Positions 17,835 to 29,080 of a DNA stretch of 46,488 bases are shown piece by piece; the first letter of the stretch is position 1; every line of letters begins with the position of its first letter. Origin of the DNA: a virus (taxonomy: Duplodnaviria > Caudoviricetes); IMG/VR virus record IMGVR_UViG_3300032067_000004, positions 1 to 46,488 of that record. One strand, 5' to 3'. Position numbers and translations under genes: made by a program. The notes beneath the pieces are model-generated. The model worked only from the letters and a program-made list of their open reading frames with translations. It made no database searches and had not been told where the DNA came from.

Positions 17835-18116
17835 TTAAGCAAAAGGATTGGTTACAGGAGTTGGAAGATAGATCACATCACAAGTTCCTGAAGTAAGAGT
17901 TAGCGATGCTACATATTCCAACCAATGCCCAGCAGGGAGAGTAAAGCTATCGACTGCGGCTCCTGAAGCTGGATTTGGAGGATTTACCCGAACTACACTT
18001 GCTAATGCGCAATCGGTAAAAGCACGAATAAGTAGGATATTTTTGATCACTGTCGAAGAACCATCAATGGTTTCAGCACAGCCAAGTGGCACAATGTTTT
18101 TATTTCCGTCACTCAT
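17835..18116 (-). CDS. Hypothetical virion protein
   Basis: ORF in the late operon. Confidence 0.6.
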   Translation of the reverse strand: MSDGNKNIVPLGCAETIDGSSTVIKNILLIRAFTDCALASVVRVNPPNPASGAAVDSFTLPAGHWLEYVASLTLTSGTCDVIYLPTPVTNPFA

Positions 18117-18135
18117 ATTTTTGTAAGGTTACAAA

Positions 18136-21100
18136 TTATTGTTGTGGGTTTATTCTTTGGTTGAGTTGATTCACGATTTTATGGACTGCAAAAACGTAAC
18201 GATCTGTTGCTCTTTTTTTGGCTTCTTCTGAAATCCCATTTTGTAAAAGAACATCACGAAGATATGCTCTTTCATTTGCAATATCGGATTGCGCACCTTT
18301 AACTGAATTTGATACAGCAATATCAGGTTGCAATTGCGATTCATCAAGCCCAATCGTATTACGAAGCAAAGCGCCTTTGATAGTAGAGGTGCGACCAGTC
18401 TTCATATTGACTTGATTAAGCGATCCTCCTAATTCTTCGGGTGCAAGTTTATCCCAATCTCCTCCAATTCCCGGTGTTAAAGGAGGTGCAATTTGAGACA
18501 ACACATTTTTAGTTCTATCCCATCCGTCACGAAAATCACGTTGTGTATGTAAATCCTTGCCTGTAACTTGTGATGCAATAAGATTCAAAGCAGGTGAATT
18601 ATCAATACCTGCAATCGGATTGTTAGCTAGCGCCGCTCTATAATCGCCAGCCGCCAACGAACGCCCCAATCCAAGATAATCTCCAAATGGCATAAGAGGA
18701 GTGATGTCGTAGTAATTAAACGATCCATCTTTATTTCTCGACATTGGAAGTTTAAAACGTGGCCTTGAATAGTCTTGCGTGGCGTTATTCCCACGTAGCC
18801 AATCAGCTTTGTCTTTTGGCGAAAGATTGTTAATTGCTTGTTGTTGTGCAAGAAAAGGGAATACAGAAAGAGCAGCAAGAGAAGCACCTGAAACCAAATC
18901 ACCTTTTGCTGCATCTACTGCCATGTTTTTTGTAATCCTTACAATTTCATGTGAATAGCTAAGAAAAGTAGAAACAAGAGGAATTTGTCTCCCCATTTTA
19001 ACCCAATTGGGAACATTACCATAATCCATTGTTCTACGTGACATGAATTCTCTTGCTGCATCTGTCACTTCCTGACTCAAGTGCATTTGATCTAATGGGA
19101 CTCCCAACTCTTTTGCTGACCTTTTTGCCGCGGCAATGAATACCGCAGTGCGAACAAAATCATCAGGTTTAGAATAAACACCATGCACAAATCCACGTGC
19201 CTTTTGAAATAAATCCCAAATCTTATTGTCTGTAGTGCCATCAAGTAATTGGCGAAAACCTTGATCTAATTCTCCTTTAACTGGATTTGCTGACAAGGCT
19301 CCGTTACGAGTTGCCCATCTTCCAATATCTGTTGTGTTATCTTTGAATACAATATTGAAAGCAGTTGAAAGAGCATCAGCATCATGCGCTGCCTTACCCA
19401 TTACAAGGAACATAGGAATCTGTGCAAAATTGCGAGCTTGCGTAACAGGATTCCAAACAAGATGAGTTTCTTTGTAAATACGATTAAAGTTAGAAAGTCC
19501 TTTTCCCATTTGATCTTGTAACATTCCAAAAGGTTGCATAGCATCATCAAGTTGTGCATGCACATGTCTTGAAACAAAAGAACCTTGCATCAACGCCATC
19601 GAAGGATTGTCATTTCCAATTGGAATGTAAGCTTTTAATTCATTCAACTGATTTGTCAGAGTGCGTTGCATTCTTGGATCAGAAGCCAAAGCTAACTTTC
19701 CTTTTAAATCATTAATTGCCTTGTTATATTGCACTTCACTTTCAAATCGTCCTGGTAATCCACTTTCTTCTATTGCACGTGTAAGATCAAGCAACTGATG
19801 TGAAGCTTGTGCAGCAGGCAAAAGTTTATTAAAAGTATCTTGAATAATTTGAGTTGGGTTTGTATGAGTGCCTAGCAATGCTTGTCTTACTGCATCAATC
19901 TCTTTCCTTCCAGTAAAGATATTTCCATTAATATTGGCATCGTCTGTAGCAAATAAACCTGCTTTTCGTCCTGCGCCAATAGATTTTAATTCCTTTATTT
20001 GTTGCGTAACTACAGCACGCAAAGATTCAGGAGTAAATAAATTGTTAAAAGTATCCGCAGCATTTGGAGATACATGATAAATCTGCGTTCCGTAGGTGAT
20101 AGGTATTGGACCCTTTTCTACAGAAGAAAGAAAATCATTAATTTTGGTATGTGCCAAAACATCCATTGTTTTTTGTATTGTGGCATCATCCGGGTAAAAC
20201 TTAGGATCAGTTAGAATGGAATGGGCGCGCGTCGCATATTGCCCCATCGTTCCTACTAACTTTCCAGCTTGTTTAGGCCCAGCAGCAGCATGAATTACTT
20301 GCATTAATGAGTCAAGATTACCACGAGTAGTAATTGCGTATTGCGCAAATTTCTTATCTTCTGGTGTGGTTGCCAATCTCATTAGTGCATCCTGTTCACC
20401 TTTTAGCAGTTGATTTTTTACAGAATTTGTAACATGCCAAATTGTGACTCCATCTCCTTTGGTATTAGTTGAAAGTTGATCATCAAGCTGCATCCATTTT
20501 TCAGGATAATTCGCTTTTTGAGCAGCAGTCAATTTATTCCATGCACTTCCCTCGCCCGAAATCATCCCTCCTGAATTCAAAAGATTTTGAACTTCAACTG
20601 GATCATTTAATTGCCCGCGAATATAACGTGTAGTTGCTTCTGCAAAAGAATCAGAAGGTTTAACTTTACCATTCTCAGCAAGAGCTTTGATTTGTTGATT
20701 TAAAATATCATCAACAAATCCTTGCGCTTTAAGCTTGTAATCTTTGAAAGTCTCCGCCATTTTCCGCCATCCTAGCACATCTTCTAATCCTTTCATTGCG
20801 CCAGCCCACATTCCTGCATGATTACCAACTGCCATTCCAGCAGGAGTAGTAATAGTATCTTGTGAAAAATTTTTTACACGTTCTGCGATAGTGGCATCAG
20901 GAACTTTTACATTTGGCGCTTTAACTTCTTCTCCTACAATTCCTTTTAAATCACGAAAAGCTTTTGAACCTACAGTTCCCAATCCAAGCACAATCAATCC
21001 TGCTGCAATTGTTGCACCCATATCACCTTTTGTTCTTTGATATGTTACAACTCCGGTTAACCCTGCTGCACTCATTATCGCAAGTGTTCGTAGTGTTTTT

Positions 21101-23337
21101 GGATCAGCAAATCCCGCTTGCGCTTTGTTTGCTGCTTTCATACTCAAGGCTTCTGCATTCTCAGGATCATTTTCTTGTAAAAATTCACGAAGTTTTCGAG
21201 CAGCAATTCGAATTTTTAAAGAATCATTACCTTGTTTTGCTTGATCCAGATTTGCTTGCAATTGCGCTTTTGTATCTGCAATTTGCTTTGCTTTTGCTAT
21301 TTGATCAGCATCTTCTGATTTTTCTACATTTAAATGCTCTTGAACATTTTTAGGTGCAGGAGGATTAGGCTGTTCAACTAAATCTTGGCTATGCAAATTT
21401 CCATTTTGCTTTGTTGTTTGTCCTGCTTCCTTCGCAACTTCTAAAGCTTCTGCTCTATTCGTAGTAACACGAATATTGCCAGATTTGTCACGTAACAAAA
21501 ATCCTGATTTATCAGCAGCAAGTGTTTCAGCAAGGTTAGGACCATCCATTTGCTGATTCATAATAGATGGATAATCAAATTGTCCCGCTGGCCCACGGTG
21601 AGTTGTATTCCAATCGGTTCCTGCTAGATGAGTTTCCCCATCAGTAATTACAGTTGAAATAATATGTGGGCCATCCATTAATGGTTGAATGTTCATGGTT
21701 GTTCCATCAGGCATCAAGACAGTTGGAAGCTCTTGTGCCTTTGGTTGCGCCATTTTCATCAACAATGCAGGGTCTTCTGTTGAAGGTGTTCGCACTCCTG
21801 CTGCACGATTTTTTATTGAAGCTTGAGACCAATCTCCTGAAGATAATTGAGAAATATCACCTGCTTCATGCATTGCGGCAATGATTCCTGTTCCTTTTTG
21901 ATAAGGAATTTTTGCTTCATCTAAAACATCAGAAATCTTTACATTTGGAGTCCCTGAATCTTCAGCAAGAGAATTATATGCATCTATGATCGCTTGTTTT
22001 TCTTCTGTAGAACCTTCAATTTTAGTTGTATTTTCTTTTGAATTGAACACATCATAAGCCATTTGTTTCATTGAATTAGGCGGCGCTTCTACAGAAGAAG
22101 AAGGCTTTAAAGATTCTGGCTGATTGGCATCAGATAATGAAGGAGCAGATTGTTGAGTGGGCGTTGATTCAATTACTTTTGGCTCGCCGGGATTTGTCGA
22201 AAGATGATTTTCGATTTTGTCAGATGACAAATTCAGACCAGATGGAGTTTCATCTTGTGGATGTATAATTTCGGATTGTAATTCAGGAGATTCAAGCTTT
22301 AATCCCGAAAAAATATCATGAGGTTGTAAATCCTCTGTAGTATAAGGTTGACTATCCGAAATTGATTTTGAAAAACGATTAGATTCCAAATCTAATCCAG
22401 AAGGAGTTACTACTGTATTTGTTAAAGGAGACTGTAATGGACCTTGATCTTGAGACAATTTTAAATCTGTTACTGAATCAATAGGTGCAGGAGAATTCTG
22501 CAATTCATGCAGATTATTAATTGCTTGTCGTTCAGAAGTCATAATATTTAATCCTGAATTCTCTACAGAAGAAAAAACATCATGAGCTTGAAGATCAGCA
22601 GGACTATACGTTTCTGTGCCAGCATCTCCGAGATTAGATAATGGATTTGGCTTTTCACCAAGTGCCATTAAAGCTTCATCATACAAGCCCGGCGTATACG
22701 TAGGAGTTGTCACATCCAAGTGAGCACCCGGCAACATGTTCATTGCGAAATTCAATCCTGCTCCAAGATAGTTGCCAGATTTGTAACCTTCCAAAGCTGA
22801 GACTCCTGCTAGTGGAAGGATACGTGCAGCACGTGGCAGACTCGATTGTAGCACACCTGATACTAATCCAAGTCCTCCTTGATCGGCAGCGAGATCAGGA
22901 GACTCTTTAATTGAAGAAATAAAATTCGCTCCACCTTGTGCAAGTCCTTCTGTTAATGCGGCACCTGCACCTAATCCTTTTGCAATTTTACCTACTCCAA
23001 CATAAGGAACCATCCATGCAGCCATTTCAGGTGCAACTGTATTTAATGCAATATCGGTAATCCCTTTGGATGGCCCTACATCAAAAGTAGGAAGCAAATG
23101 TTTTGCATAGTCGATTTCTTGTTGCCCTTGTTCGGGATTTTCATTTACAAGCGCATCTAAACTTGCCGCACTTGTAGCTAAAGCATTACCCACATTAGGC
23201 AAAATATTTGCAACTTGCTTTAACCTTTTAAATGGAACTTCCGCGGAATCAGGTTGAGTTTCAATCGGCGCTGTTGCATTGCCTACTGGTGATAAATCAC
23301 CATAAAGAGACTGTAACTCACTATCGGAAAAAGGCAT
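18136..23337 (-). CDS. Large internal virion / DNA-ejection protein (1733 aa)
   Basis: Size, position and helical C-terminal region (NPVTQARNF, DYGNVP...PLVSTFLSY) typical of podovirus ejection proteins; internal hydrophobic segments. Confidence 0.65.
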   Translation of the reverse strand: MPFSDSELQSLYGDLSPVGNATAPIETQPDSAEVPFKRLKQVANILPNVGNALATSAASLDALVNENPEQGQQEIDYAKHLLPTFDVGPSKGITDIALNTVAPEMAAWMVPYVGVGKIAKGLGAGAALTEGLAQGGANFISSIKESPDLAADQGGLGLVSGVLQSSLPRAARILPLAGVSALEGYKSGNYLGAGLNFAMNMLPGAHLDVTTPTYTPGLYDEALMALGEKPNPLSNLGDAGTETYSPADLQAHDVFSSVENSGLNIMTSERQAINNLHELQNSPAPIDSVTDLKLSQDQGPLQSPLTNTVVTPSGLDLESNRFSKSISDSQPYTTEDLQPHDIFSGLKLESPELQSEIIHPQDETPSGLNLSSDKIENHLSTNPGEPKVIESTPTQQSAPSLSDANQPESLKPSSSVEAPPNSMKQMAYDVFNSKENTTKIEGSTEEKQAIIDAYNSLAEDSGTPNVKISDVLDEAKIPYQKGTGIIAAMHEAGDISQLSSGDWSQASIKNRAAGVRTPSTEDPALLMKMAQPKAQELPTVLMPDGTTMNIQPLMDGPHIISTVITDGETHLAGTDWNTTHRGPAGQFDYPSIMNQQMDGPNLAETLAADKSGFLLRDKSGNIRVTTNRAEALEVAKEAGQTTKQNGNLHSQDLVEQPNPPAPKNVQEHLNVEKSEDADQIAKAKQIADTKAQLQANLDQAKQGNDSLKIRIAARKLREFLQENDPENAEALSMKAANKAQAGFADPKTLRTLAIMSAAGLTGVVTYQRTKGDMGATIAAGLIVLGLGTVGSKAFRDLKGIVGEEVKAPNVKVPDATIAERVKNFSQDTITTPAGMAVGNHAGMWAGAMKGLEDVLGWRKMAETFKDYKLKAQGFVDDILNQQIKALAENGKVKPSDSFAEATTRYIRGQLNDPVEVQNLLNSGGMISGEGSAWNKLTAAQKANYPEKWMQLDDQLSTNTKGDGVTIWHVTNSVKNQLLKGEQDALMRLATTPEDKKFAQYAITTRGNLDSLMQVIHAAAGPKQAGKLVGTMGQYATRAHSILTDPKFYPDDATIQKTMDVLAHTKINDFLSSVEKGPIPITYGTQIYHVSPNAADTFNNLFTPESLRAVVTQQIKELKSIGAGRKAGLFATDDANINGNIFTGRKEIDAVRQALLGTHTNPTQIIQDTFNKLLPAAQASHQLLDLTRAIEESGLPGRFESEVQYNKAINDLKGKLALASDPRMQRTLTNQLNELKAYIPIGNDNPSMALMQGSFVSRHVHAQLDDAMQPFGMLQDQMGKGLSNFNRIYKETHLVWNPVTQARNFAQIPMFLVMGKAAHDADALSTAFNIVFKDNTTDIGRWATRNGALSANPVKGELDQGFRQLLDGTTDNKIWDLFQKARGFVHGVYSKPDDFVRTAVFIAAAKRSAKELGVPLDQMHLSQEVTDAAREFMSRRTMDYGNVPNWVKMGRQIPLVSTFLSYSHEIVRITKNMAVDAAKGDLVSGASLAALSVFPFLAQQQAINNLSPKDKADWLRGNNATQDYSRPRFKLPMSRNKDGSFNYYDITPLMPFGDYLGLGRSLAAGDYRAALANNPIAGIDNSPALNLIASQVTGKDLHTQRDFRDGWDRTKNVLSQIAPPLTPGIGGDWDKLAPEELGGSLNQVNMKTGRTSTIKGALLRNTIGLDESQLQPDIAVSNSVKGAQSDIANERAYLRDVLLQNGISEEAKKRATDRYVFAVHKIVNQLNQRINPQQ

Positions 23338-23338
23338 A

Positions 23339-24787
23339 TTAAGGTTCTTGGAATTGAGCTAAATCACTTGCAATTTTAGCTGCATCATCGGGTGTGGCAT
23401 CCACAAAAGTATTGGAAGGTTTCATTTCTGGAATTAAGGGAATTTGTGGCCCATTAACTCCAAAATAAGCATTATAGCCACGCTGCCCTGCATTAAACAA
23501 TCTCAATAGAGCGTTAGGAAATGCAGCAGCCGTATTTGCAACAGTAGGGACTACTGCATTTAAATTGTCAGGATTGGTAACTGCATTTTCAATAGTAGTC
23601 ATCGCAGTGTTACTTGCATTACGTAAACCACGTCCAATCTTAGATGCAAGGTCTTGTGGTTCTGAATTATCAACAGGGTTAGCTGCTGCCACTACAGAAG
23701 TAGAAGAATTAGGTTTTAATTGAAGCGGGTTTTGATATTCGTAGTTTGTTCCGAGTTGCATCGTTCCTTGATAATTGTAAGGTGACAAACTCATTGTTGA
23801 TGTTGAATCAGTTGGAGTGGCTGAAGATGGATTTGTAATTTGAACTCCATTTAATGCAGTCTCAAGTGAAGAAGTAGATGGACTTGAACTTGCCAATCCT
23901 GCTCTTCTATCCAAAATGGCTTGCATTTGATCAGTAGACATTGGAGGTGTAGCGGCAGCACCAAGTGTCCCCGAAGGATTCATATTAACAGGAATTTGTT
24001 GTCCTGTAGCTGCACGTGCATCAAGAATATCTTGAAATTGTGCAGTAGTTAATGGTTTTGGAACAGTGGGAGCAGTATTTGGATTTTGGTTATACGCATC
24101 AGGAACTGAACCATCTTTTATTGCACTATCTAAAGCCATTTGCTGCATTGGCGTAAATGGCACTTTTATCTTACGTGTTCCTGCGGGAAGCGTCGGATCA
24201 TCTTCCCATGTGAAAGGAGTTACTTTTCCTGTTTTTGGATCAGTATCAAATTGCACTTTGCCACTTGCGATTCCATCTGTTACTTGCCCTTTGAATTTTT
24301 GCAAAGCCGCATCATGAGCATCTGTTTGCTTTTGAATTGCAGCTTGACCTTGTTCTGGATCAAGAAATTGCGCTCCACCTGCCTTAATAATTCCAGCTTG
24401 CACGGAGGGAGGTTGACTAGCCCACCTCTGCATAAGAACTTGCATCGGAGGTGCATTTTTTGGATCATATCCAAATACTTTTGACAATGCAACTCTGACT
24501 GCTTCATGTTGCGCATTTGCATCATCAGTATTTTGTGATGTTACAATTTTTCCTTGTTGAATTTGCGCAGCTTGATCAGCGGCAAATGTATTCCAATCTT
24601 GTTGTCTTTGTAGTGAAGCTGCATTATCTTCTTCACTTGGAGATGAATTAATTTGTGCAGCAGTCATTCCTATTGTGCTACGAGGCACAACTGTTGCATT
24701 TCCATCTATTTGAGCAGCAGTTAATCCATTGTTAGGAGAACCTCCTAACACGGGACTGCCATATTGGATTGGTCTACGACGTGCCAT
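23339..24787 (-). CDS. Putative internal virion (ejection) protein
   Basis: Q/A/P-rich; middle gene of a three-gene cluster. Confidence 0.55.
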   Translation of the reverse strand: MARRRPIQYGSPVLGGSPNNGLTAAQIDGNATVVPRSTIGMTAAQINSSPSEEDNAASLQRQQDWNTFAADQAAQIQQGKIVTSQNTDDANAQHEAVRVALSKVFGYDPKNAPPMQVLMQRWASQPPSVQAGIIKAGGAQFLDPEQGQAAIQKQTDAHDAALQKFKGQVTDGIASGKVQFDTDPKTGKVTPFTWEDDPTLPAGTRKIKVPFTPMQQMALDSAIKDGSVPDAYNQNPNTAPTVPKPLTTAQFQDILDARAATGQQIPVNMNPSGTLGAAATPPMSTDQMQAILDRRAGLASSSPSTSSLETALNGVQITNPSSATPTDSTSTMSLSPYNYQGTMQLGTNYEYQNPLQLKPNSSTSVVAAANPVDNSEPQDLASKIGRGLRNASNTAMTTIENAVTNPDNLNAVVPTVANTAAAFPNALLRLFNAGQRGYNAYFGVNGPQIPLIPEMKPSNTFVDATPDDAAKIASDLAQFQEP

Positions 24788-24789
24788 AA

Positions 24790-25746
24790 TTAAGCAATTT
24801 TAGCAAGTTGATTTGAAGCTTCTGATCGACCAGCAAGATAATTTTGGTAAGCTTGATAATCGTTTTGACCTGAAGTAACAACTCCATTGTTATTTGTAAC
24901 CCATGAACCTGTAGGCGCTTTAGTATTAGCAAGTATTGCTTGAGCAGCCGAAATTTGTTGATTAGTTGCAGTTTGTGCAGCTTGTGATTGTTGGGCTTGT
25001 GTAGAAAGTGCAGCAGAAAGATTGGCTTCCCGAGCTTGTTCTGCTTGAGCATTTGCAGCTTCTTGTGCTTGTAAAGCGGCATTTGTATTTGCAGTGCTTG
25101 CAGTAAGCGCCAATCCTGTTTGGTCGTTTGCATATGACAAACCAAATTGAGCTTTACCTGAATTGTAAGCTGCCAAACTATTAGTATAATTCTGTTGCAA
25201 GGTTGCGAGGTTATCTGCGATACTAGCAGCAGTTGTCAATGCGGTTTGTTTTGCAGAATCCGAATATTGACCTTCGGCTTGAGCAGCGGTTGTATCCGCT
25301 TGCATGTAAGGTAATAACGCTTGAGCACGCAACATCGCTGCTCCTGAACCTTGAGAAGCACCCGGAATTTGTGATTCTTGAAACTTAGTTGCCGCGGTAT
25401 TTGCAGCTTGAGTTCCTGTTGTAAGCGCAGCAGAACGAGCGGCATCAGTAGCTTTTAACGTGCCTGATACATCATAAGCAGTAGGAATGTTATTGTAAAC
25501 ATCCTGTAATTGTCCAATTGCTTTTTGAACTCCTGAATCTTGAAAAGGTGCATAATCCGCAGTTCCTTTTGAATAAGCGGTATCAAAAGCTTGAGTAGTT
25601 GCTGTTGGAGTCATTCCAAAAAGGTTTGGACTCGCAGCAGTAGCATTTACAGGAGTGGTTTTTGGGCTAACCGAATTCACTCGACTAATTGTATCGAGTG
25701 CATCATTTAGGCTGTTAGTCCAATCGCCTGTGTAAGAAATAGCCAT
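24790..25746 (-). CDS. Putative internal virion (pilot/ejection) protein
   Basis: A/Q/T-rich helical protein. Confidence 0.55.
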   Translation of the reverse strand: MAISYTGDWTNSLNDALDTISRVNSVSPKTTPVNATAASPNLFGMTPTATTQAFDTAYSKGTADYAPFQDSGVQKAIGQLQDVYNNIPTAYDVSGTLKATDAARSAALTTGTQAANTAATKFQESQIPGASQGSGAAMLRAQALLPYMQADTTAAQAEGQYSDSAKQTALTTAASIADNLATLQQNYTNSLAAYNSGKAQFGLSYANDQTGLALTASTANTNAALQAQEAANAQAEQAREANLSAALSTQAQQSQAAQTATNQQISAAQAILANTKAPTGSWVTNNNGVVTSGQNDYQAYQNYLAGRSEASNQLAKIA

Positions 25747-25766
25747 AATTTTGTGAGGTTACAAAT

Positions 25767-26003
25767 TTATACAAGATTTTCACCGTCCCAGACTTTAATA
25801 GTAGAAGTTCCTGAACTCCAATCAATAACAGGTTGACCTACTGCAATACCAGTAGGTAAAGATTGATTTGGACCTACTACAATTGGAGGCATTGCAGTAT
25901 TTAACTGATCAACTAATCGAATCAACTCTTGCATTGCAACTGCTCCTGTTTGATCATCAGGAAGAGCAGAAGGATTCAAATTAAGAACAAAACGGTTATT
26001 CAT
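25767..26003 (-). CDS. Hypothetical virion protein
   Basis: ATGA-coupled ORF. Confidence 0.55.
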   Translation of the reverse strand: MNNRFVLNLNPSALPDDQTGAVAMQELIRLVDQLNTAMPPIVVGPNQSLPTGIAVGQPVIDWSSGTSTIKVWDGENLV

Positions 26004-28126
26004 GTTAGAGTGAAGTTATAAACACGAGTTGCTTCATATGATCTTTCTACTAAAGCAATTCCAAATGTTTTTCCTTTCTTTGTAGGGAAATTAATTTTGT
26101 TAAACCAAGCATCAAGATCACTATCATTATTTAACGTAAGAGATTGTGAAGCTTGTTGTGCATGTTCTGGAAAAAATTCAACAGTAGGAAGTTGCGCATC
26201 TGTGATAGTAGCCCAATATTCACGAGGTGCTTTGTCTACAGATGGTTCCCCACCATCAAAGTATTTTAACATACGAAGCTCAATAAGTCCAATAAAAAAT
26301 AACCATTGACCCGTAATTAATCCAGTATCTACAGAAGTAGAAGGAATCGGATTTAATACCTGTTCAAAAATTAATGTATCGCTTGTCGCTCCGGTAATTT
26401 TGACAACTTGTGTATCTAATCCTGCGGAATTTGTAATCAAACAAAAATTGCCAATCAATCCAGAATCAAGTGGATTGAAATCATCTTGGCCTTCTGAACG
26501 TGTTATCGAATTTGAAGTAGCACTATTGATAAAACCACTGACTAATGAATCAATAGGTAGCCAATTTCCATAAGTGGTCGTATCAAAAGCTTTTCCTACA
26601 AAACCATTTTCAGTTCCAACTATAATGCTTCTTAATGAAGTATTAGGGTCTTCAACAGGTGCAGAACATAAAATGCCATAGTCATAAAGAATTCCCCAAT
26701 ATCCAGTAGGTGCATGTTGATAAATACAGAGATCAAACATTGCAACCGGATTAGATTGATCGGCAGCCGCAGATGAAAGCCAAATCAAATTACATTCTGT
26801 AACTGGATCATACAATCCATGACACAAAAGTTGCAATGATCTATTCTTTGTGAGGCTACGCAATAGGATAGAAATCGGGCCAGAAATAGGGGTTTGGGTA
26901 TATCCATCGCACATTAATACAGCAAGATTTTTATAATCAAATCCCCATAATACTTGTCTTCCTTGGAAAACCGCAGGAAATTGAGAAAAATGGCTAGTAA
27001 TGGAATATAGATTAGAAACTTGTCTTTGAGTCTGTGCAAATGCGTCAGTATCCGATGTTTGTAAAGAATAGGTTACACACAAAGCTGGATATTCCATATC
27101 TAGCTTTAAAAGCTGTTGAGCAGGAACAATACTAATTGCAGTTCCAATTGAACCCCCTACTTTTAAAGCCCAAAGAGTGGGAACATAGGCACCTGCAATA
27201 TTATATTCATAACCCCATTGAAATGGATTACGATGACCTGAACGGTAAAGCGTTGCAGATTGTCCTATGATTACAATATTACCTGTTGCCGTAGTTGGAA
27301 GAGTTAGATTATTTCCTTCTTCATCTTGAACTTGTCCCGTAAATTGTCCAGTTTGCGAAAAGATGTATGTCCCTCTTCCATCTATTCCGCCTGACGTGAT
27401 GTTAGAGAAAGTAATAAATTGTCCATTTCTTCCACCATAAAATTGATCTGTAGCTGGATTTTGTAAGGTTACAATTCCTCCTGTTGTCCATGAAGCTACT
27501 GCATTAAAAGGTTGATTTGCCCATCCCCAAAAATAAGAACCGTCCCAAACAACAAATCGAAATTGTGGCGCAACAAAATTAATGAATTGAAGAACATCAT
27601 TACCTGTTGCGGTCAAAAGATTGTCAGTAAAAGTAGTAGTTCCCGTTCCTGCTACATTGGCAACTTTACCTATAAAATTTAAATTTCCAGCATCAGCAGC
27701 CAATTTTGCAAGTTCTTCGGTTGTCTGTAATCCTGTTCTGTATATATAAATAGAAGTAACAAGCGAGCTTGAAGAATACTTTACAGTCACAGTATTCTGT
27801 CGTGTTCCTGACCCTGCAATTTGATAAGGAGCACTTTCAGGAGAAGGATTGCTATATATTACTGCTGCTACTAATGGAAAAATATTTTCCATTACATAAA
27901 CAAACATGTAAACAACCCAATCACCATTAGTTAAAGTTCCTGAACCTCCATCTGCTACAGTAGGAATAAAAGTAGGAGGTTGAATACCTGCTGGAATTTG
28001 TTCTCCATTTTGTGATAACAAATAAGGAGGTTCTTCCCCATTTGCAATCAACATAAGCCCAATTTCTTGAGCATATGCAGCAGAATTCTTTACTCGATTT
28101 TGTAATCCTGTAATTACAACAGACAT
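26000..28126 (-). CDS. Putative tail nozzle / tail tubular protein B-like
   Basis: 708-aa beta-rich protein just before the ejection genes. Confidence 0.55.
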   Translation of the reverse strand: MSVVITGLQNRVKNSAAYAQEIGLMLIANGEEPPYLLSQNGEQIPAGIQPPTFIPTVADGGSGTLTNGDWVVYMFVYVMENIFPLVAAVIYSNPSPESAPYQIAGSGTRQNTVTVKYSSSSLVTSIYIYRTGLQTTEELAKLAADAGNLNFIGKVANVAGTGTTTFTDNLLTATGNDVLQFINFVAPQFRFVVWDGSYFWGWANQPFNAVASWTTGGIVTLQNPATDQFYGGRNGQFITFSNITSGGIDGRGTYIFSQTGQFTGQVQDEEGNNLTLPTTATGNIVIIGQSATLYRSGHRNPFQWGYEYNIAGAYVPTLWALKVGGSIGTAISIVPAQQLLKLDMEYPALCVTYSLQTSDTDAFAQTQRQVSNLYSITSHFSQFPAVFQGRQVLWGFDYKNLAVLMCDGYTQTPISGPISILLRSLTKNRSLQLLCHGLYDPVTECNLIWLSSAAADQSNPVAMFDLCIYQHAPTGYWGILYDYGILCSAPVEDPNTSLRSIIVGTENGFVGKAFDTTTYGNWLPIDSLVSGFINSATSNSITRSEGQDDFNPLDSGLIGNFCLITNSAGLDTQVVKITGATSDTLIFEQVLNPIPSTSVDTGLITGQWLFFIGLIELRMLKYFDGGEPSVDKAPREYWATITDAQLPTVEFFPEHAQQASQSLTLNNDSDLDAWFNKINFPTKKGKTFGIALVERSYEATRVYNFTLT

Positions 28127-28132
28127 ATTAAT

Positions 28133-29080
28133 TTATCCGTTTATACCGTAAAGACTGAAAATTGATCCTGTAATCCAATTTGATCCATATTGAGGGGTAA
28201 TAACAATAGATGTGATAGCTGAAGTATTCAACCACGATCCAACTGTTGAAATTGCGAATTTTCCAGAAGAATTTCGATATGAAGTTGAAATGGATTGCCA
28301 ACTCTTACGAAAAATTGTATCAGAATACCCCGGCAACATACAAGAAAATGATCCCGCAGTAGGACCTCCAGTTACTGAAGCAGACGTTCCTAAAGTTCCT
28401 AGAACTCGAGGAAGGTCAGTATTTGATCCAGAAGAAGATCCATAGTAGCCATATGCACTCATATAATTTCCAGATGTAGAATCTCCATTAAAAGATACAA
28501 GTGCATTTTCAAAATCTCCAGAGCCAATTGAATTACTTGCCCCATGACAAATAAGTTGAAGATGAGTATAAGTTCCAGGTATAGAAGAGAAAGTAATAGA
28601 AGATGTTGTGCTTGAAAGCTTTTGCCCTGAAATTAATACCATATCCCCACTTCCACCCCCACCTCCGGTCCCCCATTTTATACCTCCAGTTTGAGTGCTA
28701 TCTGCGGTAAGCACTTGCCCATCTGACCCCACTCCAAGGCGTTGTAGAACAGAAGAATTGCGGATAATGAGGTCCCCTTTTGTAGTTGTAGGATCAGTTA
28801 ATGCGGTTGCGAATTGAAGACCTGTTGCACCTCCATTTACTTGTAAAAATTTACCTGATTGTCCAGTATACGAATTTGGAACATCAGCTAATCCAGTAAA
28901 AACAGTGGTTCCCGGACTAATAATAATCCAAGAGGTATTATCCGCAGAACGCCTTTTTACTATTCCTGTAGAAATTTTTAACCAATAAAGGTTTGCGCCT
29001 ACTGCACCTGGATCAGCTTCTTGTATAAAATTAAAAGCATCATGCAATTCATAGCCTGAAAGTTGTGAATGAGTGCTCAT
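28133..29080 (-). CDS. Tail fibre-like structural protein
   Basis: TTKGDL...RLGVGSDGQVLTADS...GIKW motif, Gly linker and a SSITFSSIP...SLYG C-terminal domain. Confidence 0.7.
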   Translation of the reverse strand: MSTHSQLSGYELHDAFNFIQEADPGAVGANLYWLKISTGIVKRRSADNTSWIIISPGTTVFTGLADVPNSYTGQSGKFLQVNGGATGLQFATALTDPTTTKGDLIIRNSSVLQRLGVGSDGQVLTADSTQTGGIKWGTGGGGGSGDMVLISGQKLSSTTSSITFSSIPGTYTHLQLICHGASNSIGSGDFENALVSFNGDSTSGNYMSAYGYYGSSSGSNTDLPRVLGTLGTSASVTGGPTAGSFSCMLPGYSDTIFRKSWQSISTSYRNSSGKFAISTVGSWLNTSAITSIVITPQYGSNWITGSIFSLYGING

